A stretch of DNA of 64,000 bases from the human T2T-CHM13v2.0 reference genome, Homo sapiens. Below the pieces are notes generated by a model that was given only the letters and a program-made list of their open reading frames with translations, was not told where the DNA came from and did not search any database. The stretch lies in assembly GCF_009914755.1 (NCBI RefSeq), contig NC_060944.1, one strand, 5' to 3'. Positions 13,001 to 27,434 of this stretch are shown here, in pieces. How positions within the stretch are numbered: position 1 is the stretch's first letter; every line of letters starts with the position of its first letter. The translations under genes were made by a program, and so were the position numbers.

Positions 13001-13084
13001 ATCCAGAGGGCAGGGTCTTTGTGAAGATCTCTGTAGACCCCTACAGCTTGCAGAGGACCCCTACAGCTTGCAAGAAGCCTCACA

Positions 13085-13545
13085 TGGCAGAGTCCCCCAG
13101 GGAATTTTTTACAATGCAGATCCCCCAAACCCGCTGCCAGAATGGTTATTTGATGGGACCCTGGAATGTACATTTTATTATTATTTTTTAATTTCTCTTG
13201 AGACAAGATCTTGCTCTATTGACCAGGCTCGAGTGCAGTGGCACAATCTCAGCTTACTGCAACCTCTGCCTCCTGGGTTCAAATGATCCTTTTACCTCAG
13301 CCTCCGAGTAGCTGGGAGTGACAGGCATGTGCTACCACCCTCAGCTAATTTTTAAATTTTTTGTAGAGATGAGAGCTCATTATATTGCCTAGGCTGGTCT
13401 TGAACTCCTGGGCTCAAGCCATCCTCCCTCCTCGGCCTTCCAAAGTGCTGGGATTACAGGCATGAGCCACCGCATCTAGTGGAATCTGCATTTTAATAAG
13501 TTCCCCAGAGGATTCTCATGCAGCCTGGGATTTGGAAGCCACTGC
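13085..13545. mobile_element. MER5-like element interrupted by an antisense AluJ (~13180-13478)
   Basis: TSD-like tggaatgtacatttta / tggaatctgcatttta flanks the Alu. Confidence 0.7.
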
Positions 13546-14605
13546 CTAAGTATTTACCCATACCTGGTGGGAGATGTAGGGACAGGAAATGTCTGACGCT
13601 ATGGACTGGCTTGGTTTGGTTTCACAGGGGAGGGAGAGGTCCAGACAGGGGCAGGTGGATGGTCCCTGAGAGGAGCTCCAAGAAGCCTCACACTGCAGCA
13701 GACAACTCCCCTCCCACCCCCACCCTGCCACACACACACACCCCTACACACACACACACCCACACCCACCCCTAGGCCAGCACCTTCAATTATTCATATA
13801 CCCCAGTGCAGACAAAGATCCTGGCTTGGCCGGGGGCTTTGTCCATTGAGTGATTCACTGTCCTGAGATTCTCTCTGTTGCCAGGAGGGACCAGCAGGGT
13901 GCTGGGGGAGGGAGGGGGCACCGGGCCATTTGGCAAGCAGCCTGTGCACTGAAAAATGACTCTGGCTTCCTCGCATTCCTTACTGAACTGTTGGTATCTC
14001 ACCATCAATAAGCTGGCTAGTTTGGTGGCTGGAAGATGAAGAAAATTGAGTCCTGTCTTCCAAAGGTTATGATGTTAAAAATGTGTTCGTCTTTGTCTCG
14101 GGCGTTGGTGATTATTCTATCAATTACGCCTGTAAACACTCTGCCTTGGGCTGAGGGTTTCCCGGCCTCCTGTGGGGAATTGGCCCTCACAAGCGGTTTT
14201 CCCCAAGTCCTTCACACCAATTGGTTTTGACACCTTGCCCATCAGCAGCTCCTGCAGCCTTTTCCCCAAACAAGAGAAGCCGCAGGCGGCCAGCAGGACG
14301 CAGGGAATTTGGCTCCTTGCCATGGTGACAGCAAGGATGGTGGGCAAAGTCGCCTGCGGCAAACAAGTGGGCAGGGTGAGGGGAGTCGGGTAAGTGACCC
14401 CTTCTGATCCACCGGCTGTGGGGGCAGGAGATGGAGCTTTTGGAATGAATCATGGAGGCCCCTTGGGACCATCGTCCCAAGCCTCTCTCTTACAGATGAG
14501 AAGACAGAGACCCAGGGGCAAGGGAGAATTTGCCCAGAATTGCCCTGGAGGGTACTTCTTGGCTTTTGGGATTACCTCATCCAACTCTGTACAAATGGAG
14601 AGATT

Positions 14606-14969
<364 letters not shown>

Positions 14970-16706
14970 TCATCTCATTCAATTCTAACGAGAACTCCAA
15001 GAGGAAAGACTGTTTCGGGCCCACTGTTTAGATGAAGAAAATGAGACTCGGGGAGGTTAAGTGGCTTACCCAAGGTCACACACCTACCAAGTGTCAGAGG
15101 CTGGACTTGAACTGAAGAATCTGGCTTCAGGGCTGGGAGTCCAAGGAAAGAGGAGGAAGAGGCCCACGTCACACAGAGGGGAAGAGCAGGGCTGGGACTT
15201 GAGGCTTGGCTCTGGGGTGGAAGGAGTGCAATGGCCTCCGCATTCCACACCCAGGAGGGCGAGCAGCAGTGGGAACAGAATGCTATCCCAGCGACCCTCC
15301 AACTTCCCTCGATTTTCGAAAGCATGGGGAGAGTGTGTAGTGTGAACAGCGGCACAGGTGCCCACGTGAGAGTGTTTGGCCATCACCTTGGACTTTGGGG
15401 ACCAAACCAGCTGCTGATGGTGTTGTGGGAAGACTCTCTCAGTCCTGAAAGGAGTTTGGGGCCCGCTGGGCACACTGGGGTCAGATTCCCTTGTGTCCTG
15501 GGACCCAGGACAATGCCCGGCCCAGGGAGGTGGCAGGGAATGAATGAATGGATGACGAGGAGGACGAAGCAGGGGATGAGGTCTGAATTCTTAAAGCTTT
15601 GCTCATTCCAAGTCAATATATTTTTAAACATTCAAATGATTTTAATTTCTTAAGGAATCTATGTTTATAGGGGGAAAAAATCACAAAATTGGAGCCCCCT
15701 CCTTATCCCTGCTGAGCAGAGCAAGGACATCCTGGAGTGGGCAAGGCTGATGGCACCTTGCAGTGGGTGGGCCCAGGCTCTGGCCTTGGGGTGCATATGT
15801 GATGCTGCAGCCATGAGGATGGGGGAGTCCAAGGGTCGCGCCCTCCTCCCCTGACCCTGATGAGGCACTTGCATCAGAAAAAGCAGCAGTGGTCCAGCTG
15901 GGGAAGAAATCTGCTCCTCTCCTAGCTGCTGGTCCTGGGGTCCAGAGCCCACCCAGCTGGCTCCCCCTGGTTCCCACTGCTCCAGAGAAGTGAGGTGGCA
16001 GTGGGGAGGCAGAGAGGGGCTGCTGCTCCTCCAGGTTCCCTTCTCACAGCCAGGCCTCCCTTCCCTTCCTTGAAGCCATCAGGGCGTCCCTGGGACTCAG
16101 CTCCACTTCACCCCCAGTTTCAACCCTCTTCAAAACCCCCCAGGGCCCGCAACAAGATTGGGTCCTACCGGAGAGATGATTTTAGGCAGAACCTAGAGAA
16201 ACCTCTTACATTTTAATAGTTAAGCATTTATTTTAATGTGTACTGAAAAAATATAACTAGCACATCAAAACTGTGATTTCACACATATGATTGCTTAGGA
16301 TGAGACTAATGGGGGTATTAAAAAATGGTGGGTTAGTTTATAGAAAAACATTAAGGACATAATAGCGCAGGCGGTGCGTGGGCATGTCCGTGGGGATCCA
16401 CAGTGTGGACATGACTTGGAGACCCGGGGGCATCCAACAGGCTGCCCTGTCACACTGCATGCTCCATACTCTTCATACTGGGAGCTACTGGCCTAATGAG
16501 GCTGCTGCCATGTTTGGGAAGCTTGGTCATTCATTCATTCTTTTATTCATTCAACAAATATCAATTGGGCACCTGTCATGTGCCAGGCTCTTTTAGCCAC
16601 TGGGAACTTATCAGTGAAGAAGACAGCTAAGGTTCTTGCTCTCTTAGAGTTCTCAGTCTAGTAGGGGAGACAGAAAACTGAACCCATAAAGAATATGTAA
16701 GTATAG

Positions 16707-17333
<627 letters not shown>

Positions 17334-17953
17334 AGCTGGGATGATATTAAACACAGAAACACAGAGAAGGACACTCACCTGTGGGGCAGGGAGGGTACCC
17401 AGTAGTGAGCTCCCTGTCACAGGAGGTGTGCAAGCTGAGCCCTACCCGTTATTAGCTGGGGATATTAGTGAGGAGATTTCTGCCTTATTTCCCAAAGGAG
17501 CAAAGACTGTTGAAGTAGGCAGAGCAGCCAGAACACAGCGGGCGGCTAATAAAGATCCGTCACACGGCAATTTAGTGTGTGCTGGCACAAGGGCCCAGGT
17601 GGGTGGAGCCCCCAACGCCGAGGATGCCCTGGCCCTACCCAGGGGTCATGGCAGGGATGGGGCCTTCTCTGTCCCCTGTGTTGAGGCGTGGGGGACAGTG
17701 GCTCCTCGGTGACTTCACTTCAGCTCTTAAAGTGCCAGGATGGGGAGAGGGGCTGGGGTAATGCTGTTTTTTGTCTACTATACTCCCCTCTCCCCCACCC
17801 TGTGCCTGCCTTGCTGGGTGACTTGGCATGTCCCTGCCCCTCTCTGGGCCTCAGTTTCCCCACTGAACAATGGTGAGTTTGCTTGAGCTCCAAGCCTGTA
17901 GAATTCTTCCATCTGTATACTTAGAAACCACATCTTTTGTCCTGCAGCCAGCA

Positions 17954-18000
17954 TGTATGTGCGTGTATGTGTGTGTGTGTGTGCATGTGTGTATGTGTGC
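17954..18000. repeat. (TG)n microsatellite
   Basis: Interrupted TG run. Confidence 0.9.
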
Positions 18001-20187
18001 GGGTGAGGATGGAGCTGGTGGGAGTGGTAGGATTCCATCAGCACCTTAACTCTCAGTGGCCTGCAGGCATCTGCGGACCAAACAGCAGCCAGCGTTCATC
18101 AAGAACTCTGTGTTTTCATCACTTCCCCTGCCTCCTCCCATTTACTCCCCACCATGCTAGGAGGCGGGCCCTCCCATTTTACAGAGGAGGACACTAAGGG
18201 GCGTGGTGCGACTTGCCTGAGGACACACAGATGCTGAACAGCAAAGCCGGGCTTGAGCCCAGCTTGTGGGACGACAGAGCCAGAGTTCGTAGCCTGCGCA
18301 TCTGTCTGCTCCTGGCTGCCAAGCTGTGTGTGTGGGCAGGTGCTTTGTTCTGGAGCAGCGCTCCTGGCTTGGTCAGATTCTCACAGGGGTCAGTGATGCC
18401 AAAATGCTGAGAATGCCCTGTTCTGGCTACAAGCACATGGCTCCAAAAGTCTAGGCTCTGCGTCTGGGTCCAGCACTGTTAGTGGGAAGCAGTGGGGCTC
18501 TGGGGGCATGTGTGAGACCCTGTGTGTTCCTGCCTGGGGGTTCTGGTGGATGGAGCGGTGTTTCTGTCTGACTGTGTGGGTGCGGGCTGTGTCTGGGGGG
18601 TGACTGTGTGTGGTTGAAGGGGCAGTGCAGGCTGAGAGGGAGCCTGGGGGCAGGTCAGGGCTGGGCTGGTGCCCTCTGCCCTGTGCCTGTTTGCCTCAAT
18701 ACCAGCCTTCCCTGCCACCTGCACACTGGTGCCCTTGGAGGTGAGGCTATGGGAGCATCTGGAAGGTTAGAGCAGGAGTCAGAGCCGGGAGAGGGGGCCT
18801 TTCTCCAGCAAGCTACCAGCGAGCAGGGCAGCAGTGCCCACCCGTACCTGGGAAGTGCCCTCCACCGGCCCCTTACTCTCTGGATCTCTCTCTCTCCCTG
18901 CCCTACTGCTCTCTGGGTCTCTCTCTTTCTCTCTCCCCCTCTCTCTCTGGGTCTCTCTGATCTTTATCTCTTTTCCTCTCTATCTCTGTCTTTCGATCTC
19001 TTTCCTCTTTCTTTGCTCCTTTGTGTCTGTTGGATCCATCTTCCCCTCTCTTCTCACCGCCCCCACCCATTCCTTCCTTTCTCTCGGGTATGCACACAGC
19101 TCTCTTCGATGACATCTCAGGATTACACATACATATATTCCGTATATCATGGTGACACCCACACAGAGCAGGCACTCAGTAAATGTCAGGTGAATGAATG
19201 AGTGAGTGACCAAATGGCAAAGCTGGAGGGGACACTGACGCTTGTCTACACTGGTGGTTACTAATTTTTTTGGAAGTCACACTCCTCTTAAGAAGCTTAT
19301 GGAAACTATGGATTGTTTCCTCAAAAAAATGCCACAGAGTTTTGCCCACAAGCTTCAAAGGGTTTTTTGAGGCCCCCAAAGCCTGTCTCTGGCCCCAGGC
19401 AGAAGTAGCCTTTGTTTCACGGGTGAGGAAACTGAGGCCCAGAGAGCAGTCAGGGCTGGCCTTGGGACATGGGACAAGTCTGTGGCAGGGACAGGCTTGG
19501 ATCCTGGAGTCCTTTCTCTCTCCCTGCAGCCCTCTCATGCGAGCTGGGTGGGAACGAACTTCATTCACTTTTCCTAAGTCCTTGGTAAGCATACTCAGAG
19601 AGCTGGGGTCAGGAAGAGATAATGGGGGACTCTTCAGGATCCCAGGGAACAGTGCATAGGCAGGTGGGCCAAGAGAGGGAGGTCTCTAGAGGGAGCTCAC
19701 TGTGTCCTAGAGCAGTCAGGGGAGACTTCCTGGGGGAGGCAGGTTCCTTCTGGGCCTGTATCCAGGGACTGCTGGGGCTGAGAGGGGACTCCAGAGGCCA
19801 GAGTGGAGCTGCGCCTGGCTGCCTGGGTCTGGCAGAGGCCTCGTGGAGAACCATGTGCATGTATTTAGAAAAGCAGGCTGCAGCTGGAACCTCCAAGAAT
19901 CGGCTCTGGAGTTTGGTCTTACCCCTGGAGAAGGGGGCAGCCCTGGAAGCCTTCTGAGTGGGGAGGGCGCACGGCCAGGTTGGCGTCGGAGTGGGTTGGC
20001 CGTGGTGAGTGGAGATGGGGAGCTGAAGCAGGACTTGGGGCTGGATGCGGGCGTGCACGGACAGGAGAGGCTGCTCCCGGGAAGGCGCTGAGTTTGGTGT
20101 GAGCCTTGCTGAGTTTGTGGTTCATGGGATGCTGGGGCTGGCCGGTATCCAGGGAGGGTGGGAACGTGGGATCAGAAAAAGAGGGAA

Positions 20188-20837
20188 TTGTGTGTGTGTG
20201 TGCGCGCACGAATGTGTGTGTGCGTGTGTGTATGTGTGTGGTGTGTGTGCATATGTGTGTATGTGTGGTGTGTGCATGTATGTGTGTGTATATTGTGTGG
20301 TGTGCATGTATATGTCTATGTGTGTGTATATCTGTGTATGTGTGGTGTCTGTGTGTATATGTGTGGGTGTGTGGGTGTGTGCATCTGTGTGTATGTGTGT
20401 GGGGTATGGGTGTATGTGTGCATGTGTGTGGGGTGTTTATATATGTGTGTGGGTGTATGTGTGGGTGTGTGTATGTATGTGTGGGGGGAGTGTGTGTATA
20501 TATATATGTGTGTGTATGTAAGTATATGTGTATGTGTGTTTATGTGTATGTGGGTGTATCTGTGTATGTGTGTATATATGTGTGTAGGGGTGTAGGTGTG
20601 TGTACGTGTGTGGGGGGAGTATTTGGGTGTGTATGTGTGTGTATGTGGTGTGTATATGTGGGGGGAGTGGGTGTGTGTGCGTATGTGTGCGTATGTGTAT
20701 GTACGTGTGTGCATGTCTGTGGGTATGTCTGTATATGTGTGTATTGTGTGTATGTGTATGTGTGTGTGTATTGTGTGTATGTGTGTATTTTGTGTGTGTG
20801 TATTGTGTGTATGCGTGTGTGTTGTGTGTGTGTGTAC
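20188..20837. repeat. ~650 bp imperfect (TG/TA)n low-complexity repeat
   Basis: Continuous gtgtgtatgtgt-type sequence. Confidence 0.95.
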
Positions 20838-23049
20838 ACTGGCCTCCTTTCTAGTCCTTGCACACACCAAGTTCCTTCCAGACCTTTTCTCTCCCTGGCT
20901 GTTCCCTCTGCCCCTCGTGCTCTCTTCCCGTCTCCCGGCTCCTGGCTCCCCTGTGCTCCACGGACCCCTTAGAGAAGCCAGAAGCACATGACCTGTCAGA
21001 GCCGCATCGCACGGCCCGCAGCAGGCATCGGGCTCCCATTCAACACGCCCACCTTGCAGAGGGGAAAACTGAGGCTTAGAGAGGCGTGGTGAGCTGGGGC
21101 CCCACACCTAGTTCAAAGCAAGGGTGCAGAGCCCAACCCTATGTTCCCCCAGCCCGGCATTTTAAGGGTGTCTCTTGGGATGGGGGTGGGGTCTTGACTG
21201 ACCCCTCCTTCCTCAGAGCCCCCAGGCTGGGGCCCGAGGTGGGGAAGGCGGAGAGCTGACGGCGGGGTGTCTGTTTTGCTTTGTGAGGTTTTAAAAAAAT
21301 CATTTCCGGCGTTGAAGGCGGCGGCAATTAGGGCCTGCTCGCTGGGGAGCTGTTTGCCGCCTGTCGTCGGTCCGGGAAAGGGTCCCTAATGGAGGCCCGG
21401 CGGCCAGAGCGCAGGATAGTGGAAATAGTGCTCAAAACAAAGCTTCACTAATGGTCTCCCGGCAGGCAGCGGAGGAGAGGGAGGGGCGGTCGGACAGCGG
21501 CTGAGGGCCCCTGGGACAGGGCCCAGATCCACCAGCTCCTCTCTCCATGGCCCTCAGACACCCTCCAGCTAGTGCGGGAAGCCCCGGGCCCCACCCGCGC
21601 TGCTGCCTTCTTGCTCTGTGCTCTTGGCCTGTGAAATTCCCTCCCAGGCTCTGGGAACACTAAGCGCCAAGGTCCTGGGGTGGGGCCCAACCCCTTCAGC
21701 CATGAATTCTCTGGTTCTAGAATAGCCCTAGGGTTTAATAAGTCCAAGGGGCCCGGAGCCTTGAAGAAGGAGGAGCTTCTTCAAGTAGAGCCAGGCTACG
21801 TGAGGAGGTGACAGGAGAGCAGCCTGATCCTGTCCGGGAGCCCACTGTGTGCCTGCGTGATGTCACTGCAGCACCGCTCACAGCACCCATTTTACAGATG
21901 AGGAAACCGGGCTAGAAGCTCAGAGATTCACCTACCTTGAGGAGGTGCAGTTGGGTTGAAATCCAGGTCAGCCTGACTCCGGAGCCCACATATTTACTGT
22001 TGCTTCCTTGAATTTCGCAGACACGATTGGGCAGGGGTGGCAGGGGCTGGGGCTGGGGCATGTACTAGGTCCTGGGTGGGGGGTCAGGTTTGACCGAGGC
22101 CAGGTTCTGGTCAGGGTGGGGCCACCACCACCCTACCCACTGGGCACCCTCAGAGCCTCTGTTCTGGAACATCCCAAGTGCCTGCCTCCATCTGTCCCTG
22201 TCCGTTGGTCTCTGCCTCCCCTTTTGCCCCGTCCTTCATGTCCCTGGCCCTCCTGCCTCCACCCTCAGCGCCCCTTACAGCCCTCACTGTTCTTTCTCCT
22301 CAGTGGCTCTGAGGCTGCTCCTTTCTGGCGTGCTGGAGCAAATCCATCCCTGTGATTGATGCAGCCTCCTTTGCTTCCCCCACTTCTTCCCTCTTAGCCC
22401 CTCCCGGCAGCAGGGGATGGCTATGCGCCTCGGCTTTGGGATCTGACACTAAGGCTCAAATCCTGCCCCGCTCCAGCCTCTCTGAGCCTCGTTATGCATC
22501 CGTGCAATGGGCTCACCCCACTAGCTTTGCAGGATGTACTGGGGAGAATGAAAATAAATGGTATCGGTAGAGACGTCGGGACGCCTGTGTGCCTGCTCCC
22601 GGCTCCTGGCTCCCTGCCCCCGCCCCTGCCCTATCTCTGGCTCCCTGAACACTCCCGCGCTTGCCTCCCTCCCTCCCACCTGCTCTCACTCCTTGTGGCC
22701 CAGACATGTGGGAAGAGGAGGCGGGAATTCCACTGGGGAAACCTGCTCAACTCCCACAATCCTGCAAGTGCCAGAATATTTTAGTTCTCCTTAAATCTCC
22801 CTAGATTTGTAATTCTACTGCTGTCTACCTCAATATGTGCTGGTGGCCTTGGGAGGCGCCCTGCTTCCAGCTTGCCGGCTCCAGCACTTCCTGCTCAGCT
22901 ATGTCGGGGTGTCTGGCAGGGAACCTGGGCAAGTCCCCACCCACTCCGTGCCTCAGTTTCCCCATCTGTAAGAAGAGGACAATGATAGTGGCCACTTCCC
23001 AGGTTGTTTTGGGGATTAGGTAGGATATTTTATTGTATTAAAGAAACAC

Positions 23050-23656
23050 CTCTATGAAAAGTAATGAATTACTGATGTGTGCGACAATGGTAGATGAACC
23101 TCAAAAACTCTATGCTAGATGAAGGAAGCCAGTCACAAAAGACCACATATTATATGATGCAGATGATATGAAATATCCGGAGTAGGCAAATGTGAGAATG
23201 CAGATTTGAGGTTGCCAGGGGTTAGGGGAGAGTGGGGAGTGAGGAGTTTCCTTCTGGGGGGAAGACAGCATGTTGGGACTAGTTGCATCACATTGTGAAT
23301 GCACTAGATGCGACTCAATTGTCCACTTTAAAGTGGTTAATTTTGGCCAGGTGCGGTGGCTCACACCTGTAATCCCAGCACTTCTGGAGGCCAAGACGGG
23401 CGGATCACGAGGTCAGGAGTTCAAGACCAGCCTGGCTAATGTAGTGAAAGCTTGTCTCTAGTAAAAATACAAAAAAATTAGTCAGGCGTGGTGGAGGCCG
23501 CCTGTAATCCCAGCTTCTTGGGAGGCTGAGGCAAGGAGAATTGCTTGAACCTGGGAGGCGGAGGTTGCAGTGAGCAAAGATCATGCCACTGCACTCCAAC
23601 CTGGGCGACGGTGTGAGACTCTGTCTCAAAAAAGAAAGAAAAAAAGAAAAAAAAAA
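23050..23656 (+). mobile_element. Old L1M 3' fragment (~23050-23345) followed by an AluS (23345-23656)
   Basis: gaaggaagccagtcacaaaagaccacatattatatgat L1M motif; full Alu. Confidence 0.8.
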
Positions 23657-24646
23657 TGTTAGCTATTTAAATTTTTACTAGGCAGGGCGGCCCCTCCTCC
23701 ATCGGCCAGAGACAGGCAAGGACCCACCTGGGTGAATGTGCTTGTGTCTAAGGCTCAGCAAGGAGTGGGTTCCACCAGGGAACAGCGGTTGTTGTGGACC
23801 TTCTGGGTGCTACACACTGAAACAGGCTCTTCACTTGCATTTGCCCATTTAATCCTCAAAATAAGCCTGTAATCAATGACACAGTGGGAAACCAGAGCTC
23901 AGAGTAGTGAAGCAGCTTGCACAATGCCACCCAGCACGCCAGGGAGAGCTGTGGCTTGCATCCTCACCGTAAATCCTGGGCTCCCCCTCGCCCTAGTGCC
24001 CGACCGTCCCCCTGGCCCCTTCCCCTGTTAGCCACCACACCAGCACTTCCTGTGGGTAGAGCACAGTCTGAGCTCTGCGGAGCCTGGGGTTGCGGAGAAG
24101 GAGGCTTTGGACTGGATGGGACAAGAGGCCGTTGATGGCGTGCGGCCCACGCAGGAGAGTAAACAGCTCTCACCAGGGGCAACATTTCTTTGATGTCTCC
24201 TATTTCATTCAAAATTTATGACTTCTATATTCTATCCCATAATATATTCATGTTTGTTTTAATACAAAAATAACGTTCTTGTCCCATGTTTCTGGAGTGA
24301 AGTCAATGCCTCAGGAAGTTGCTTTCCTGGTTTGAGCAGCACAGACCATAAAGGGGTCATCCATTCATTTCTTTGTTCATTCATTCTCCAAGTATGCAAT
24401 TCAGGTATTTTCATTCCTTAAGTGGGTGTTAGTTCTCACTACGGGCAAGGATGCTGTCCCAAGAGCCACACTGGAAGAATCGGCAAGATTGGGATAGGGA
24501 AGTGGCAGGGAAGCTTTCCAGGTATGTGGCCCAGCAGGAGCAAGGCTTGGAGGTGGGAACTAGTGATGGGTTGTGAGATTGGGCCATGGCCATCGGAAGC
24601 CAGGGCTGGTGCTGGGTGCCCGCTGGTGTCCACACTTGAGCAGGAC

Positions 24647-25035
24647 CTGCGTCCCAAGCCCCTTGTGATTAAGAAGAAAGTCTCTGCTGGTGCTTCTCTG
24701 ACTTTAACACCTAACCTTCGCCAGTCTCCCTTGTTAATGAGAAAAAAACGGAGATTGAGGCTCATAGCCTTCAGCAGGCAAGCTTCTTTGGCTAGAATTT
24801 ACGAATGCTGTTTGGTTTTCATAGCGTTTATTTTTACAGTTACCCTCTATTTATGGCAAGTGATGCTGATTTTTCATTTATGGCGGTAATAAAAGTCTTC
24901 TTTTAACCTGAATTTATTTAAGTAAAAGGGGAAAGATGCTTTGAAAATAAATATTAAGTAAATAATGGTGCATGTGGTACAGGGACCCTGTGGAAATGGT
25001 GATGGCAGCTAAAAGGCTGGGCTTGGGAGACCCCT
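24647..25035. mobile_element. Probable hAT-Charlie-type MITE
   Basis: Inverted termini tcccaagcc / ggcttggga around an AT-rich body; a related fragment lies at ~16195-16385. Confidence 0.45.
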
Positions 25036-27355
25036 CTCTGGTATGCCCTTTTCTGTTCTGAGTCCCCTCTGACTGTGCAAACCTCAGTCAGCCTTCAGGT
25101 CCAAGCAAGTCCCCTTCTCCTGGTAACCTCCCCTGACTCTCCAGGCAGACACGAGCCTATCTTTCTCCTAGGATCTTCTAGAACCTGCACCTCCTTCCAT
25201 AGCTCCAACATGCAGTTTGCCCTGCATAACCCTGGGCAGCACTATGATTCATGGCCATATGAACAGTGCACATTCTGAACAACTGTACATGGCAGTCCAG
25301 GTTCAATCCCAGCCATTGTTCCTATAGCAGTCTCTGGCATGTGTGTCTCTCCTGGGGACTGCAGGCTCCCTGAGGGCAGGGGCCTGATCTGTGGCATCCT
25401 GGGAAGCCTGGCACGGGGCCTGGCTTAGGGTAGGGGGTCCATCAGAGCTGATCTCTTCCATTCCTTTTGAGGGAGGACTTAAGCTCCTACTGCACGCTGA
25501 GGCAGACACCTCCCACCAAGGCATGCTGCAGTTCCCTAAGCTTTCTTACAAAATGCCTTCTTCTTGGCTTCTTAGGAAGAAAGCCCATCTGCGTTTGTTT
25601 GCCTGTCCCAAGGTGAAGCAACCTTCATGAACTCACACCTCCATTCCTCCTGCCGCAGGCACCTGTCAGGGGCCAAGGGCTACCCAGAAAGAAACAAAGA
25701 GAACCCTCGGGTGCCTCCCTGGGGAGGAGAGGGCCCTGGACACAGCCAGGCTTCTCTGTTTCTGGAGGGCTTTTCCATCCTGATTATCTGGGTTTTCTTC
25801 TTATGGGGATTTTATGTCTCCTGATTTTAGAAGCCAGCTGAGATTTACAGGCGGTTGGGCTGGGACCTCATTAAATCCTCCCTCTCCAGCCCTTTCCCCG
25901 GGAGAGCTCTTACTCTGCTTCCCAGCTGGGAGGCAAGGTGGCCACAGGCCTTCCTGAACCTGGAGCACACACACCCTTGTGGCCTTGCCACCCAGCTGAG
26001 CTGGGCATAGAGCAGGCTTCCTGGAAATGGCCCCAGAGAATCACACTTTTTCTAGCTGAAAAGGATGGGGCTTAGATAAGATTTAGGCTTCAGTGGGGGA
26101 AATTTTGCAGCCAGCTTGAAGTCAGGCTGAACTCTAACTTGTCCCTTGATGCTGTGTGATCTCAGGCACCGACTCTCCCTCTCTGAGCCTTGGCACTTCC
26201 TCTGTGAAATGGGGCTGATAATAGTACCATCTCATCAAGTCTGAGAGGATGAAAGGGGTCCTGTGTACAGTGTCTGGCATAGAGGAGGGGCTTCCTTCCT
26301 TCAACCCCGGGGCAGGAGACTGGCTCCAATGGCCCCCAGGTTCTCTGAGCTTTGGTTTTCTCACGCTGCTGGAAAAGGGCCAGGTATGGAAGTGGGCAGT
26401 GGCTGCAGAGGCTGTCGATGCCCCCTTACTCTGTCTTCATCACTGCAACAACGGAGCCAGCAGAAACAGGGAAGTGTTTGAATTCTAGAGTCCCAAGGTC
26501 TGGGTTTGAATCCCAGCTCCTGCTCCTGACTTGCAGTGTGACCTTGTGACACATGTCCCTGAGCCTCAGTTTCCCTGCCTGGAATAAAGGGACAATGATC
26601 CCTGCCCAGCAGGATCACTGTGAGCATCATATGGGATCAGGCACATCACCTTCCTGTTGCATCGTGGGCTCCAATCAGAAAGATGATGCCACGGGGCTGC
26701 TGGGCTGGCCCGTAGCCAACAAGGGTTGGGGAGCTACTGGCGAAGCAGCCACCCACTCCTGGCACTGTCAGCCTTTATTTATTGCCCTGTTTCATTCTTG
26801 GTTGCGTTTCACAAGATGACTTTATGGGCCATCTCAGGGGGAGCCTCCAGCCTGCCTGTCAGTCTGGCTGGGTGGCCCCTCAGCTGGGCCAGGTGGGCCA
26901 GGCTGGCCTTGGGCAGCCAGTGGCCACAAGGGCCAGGAGGAGAGGGACAGTGGGGAGGAGGCCGGCCTGCCAAGCCTCACTTAGGACCTCCCTGCTTATG
27001 CATGTCCATAGTGTCCACATGTCTGTCCCTATCCCTGCTCCTGTGGGCACAGTCCCCCCAGGAAACTCCAATCTGGCACATAGTAGGCATCCAATAAATG
27101 TTGAGTGAATGAATGAACTGGATGAATGAATGAATGATTTCTATGCCTATTGGTTTTTTCCTTAGAACTTCAATCCTCTGGGCTTTTGTCTGACCTTCCT
27201 TTCTCCCTTGATTGATTGATTGATTGATTCATTCATTCATTCATTCACTCATGTGTTTAGTACATGCCTAGCCACCTCCTGTGTGCCTGATCTGGGCTGG
27301 GCAATGCAGGGTCCCTGACCTGGGAGAGTTCCCAGCTTGCAGGAGACCCAGACAC

Positions 27356-27434
27356 CTGTCATATAACATCTGTCATATAACACACTCCAGATGTCATATA
27401 ACACACTCAGCATCTGTCATGTAACACACTCCAG
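27356..27434. repeat. Short minisatellite, ~4 copies of tgtcatataaca(cactc)
   Basis: Direct inspection. Confidence 0.85.

Noticed and set aside
13036-13072. 20-bp-period tandem duplication gacccctacagcttgca
   Set aside because: Ordinary slippage duplication with no functional hint
20045-21107. Long Cys/Val or His/Thr ORFs
   Set aside because: Translations of the (TG)n repeat
27356-27434. Repeat-spacer-like array
   Set aside because: Simple minisatellite without unique spacers in eukaryotic DNA; not CRISPR
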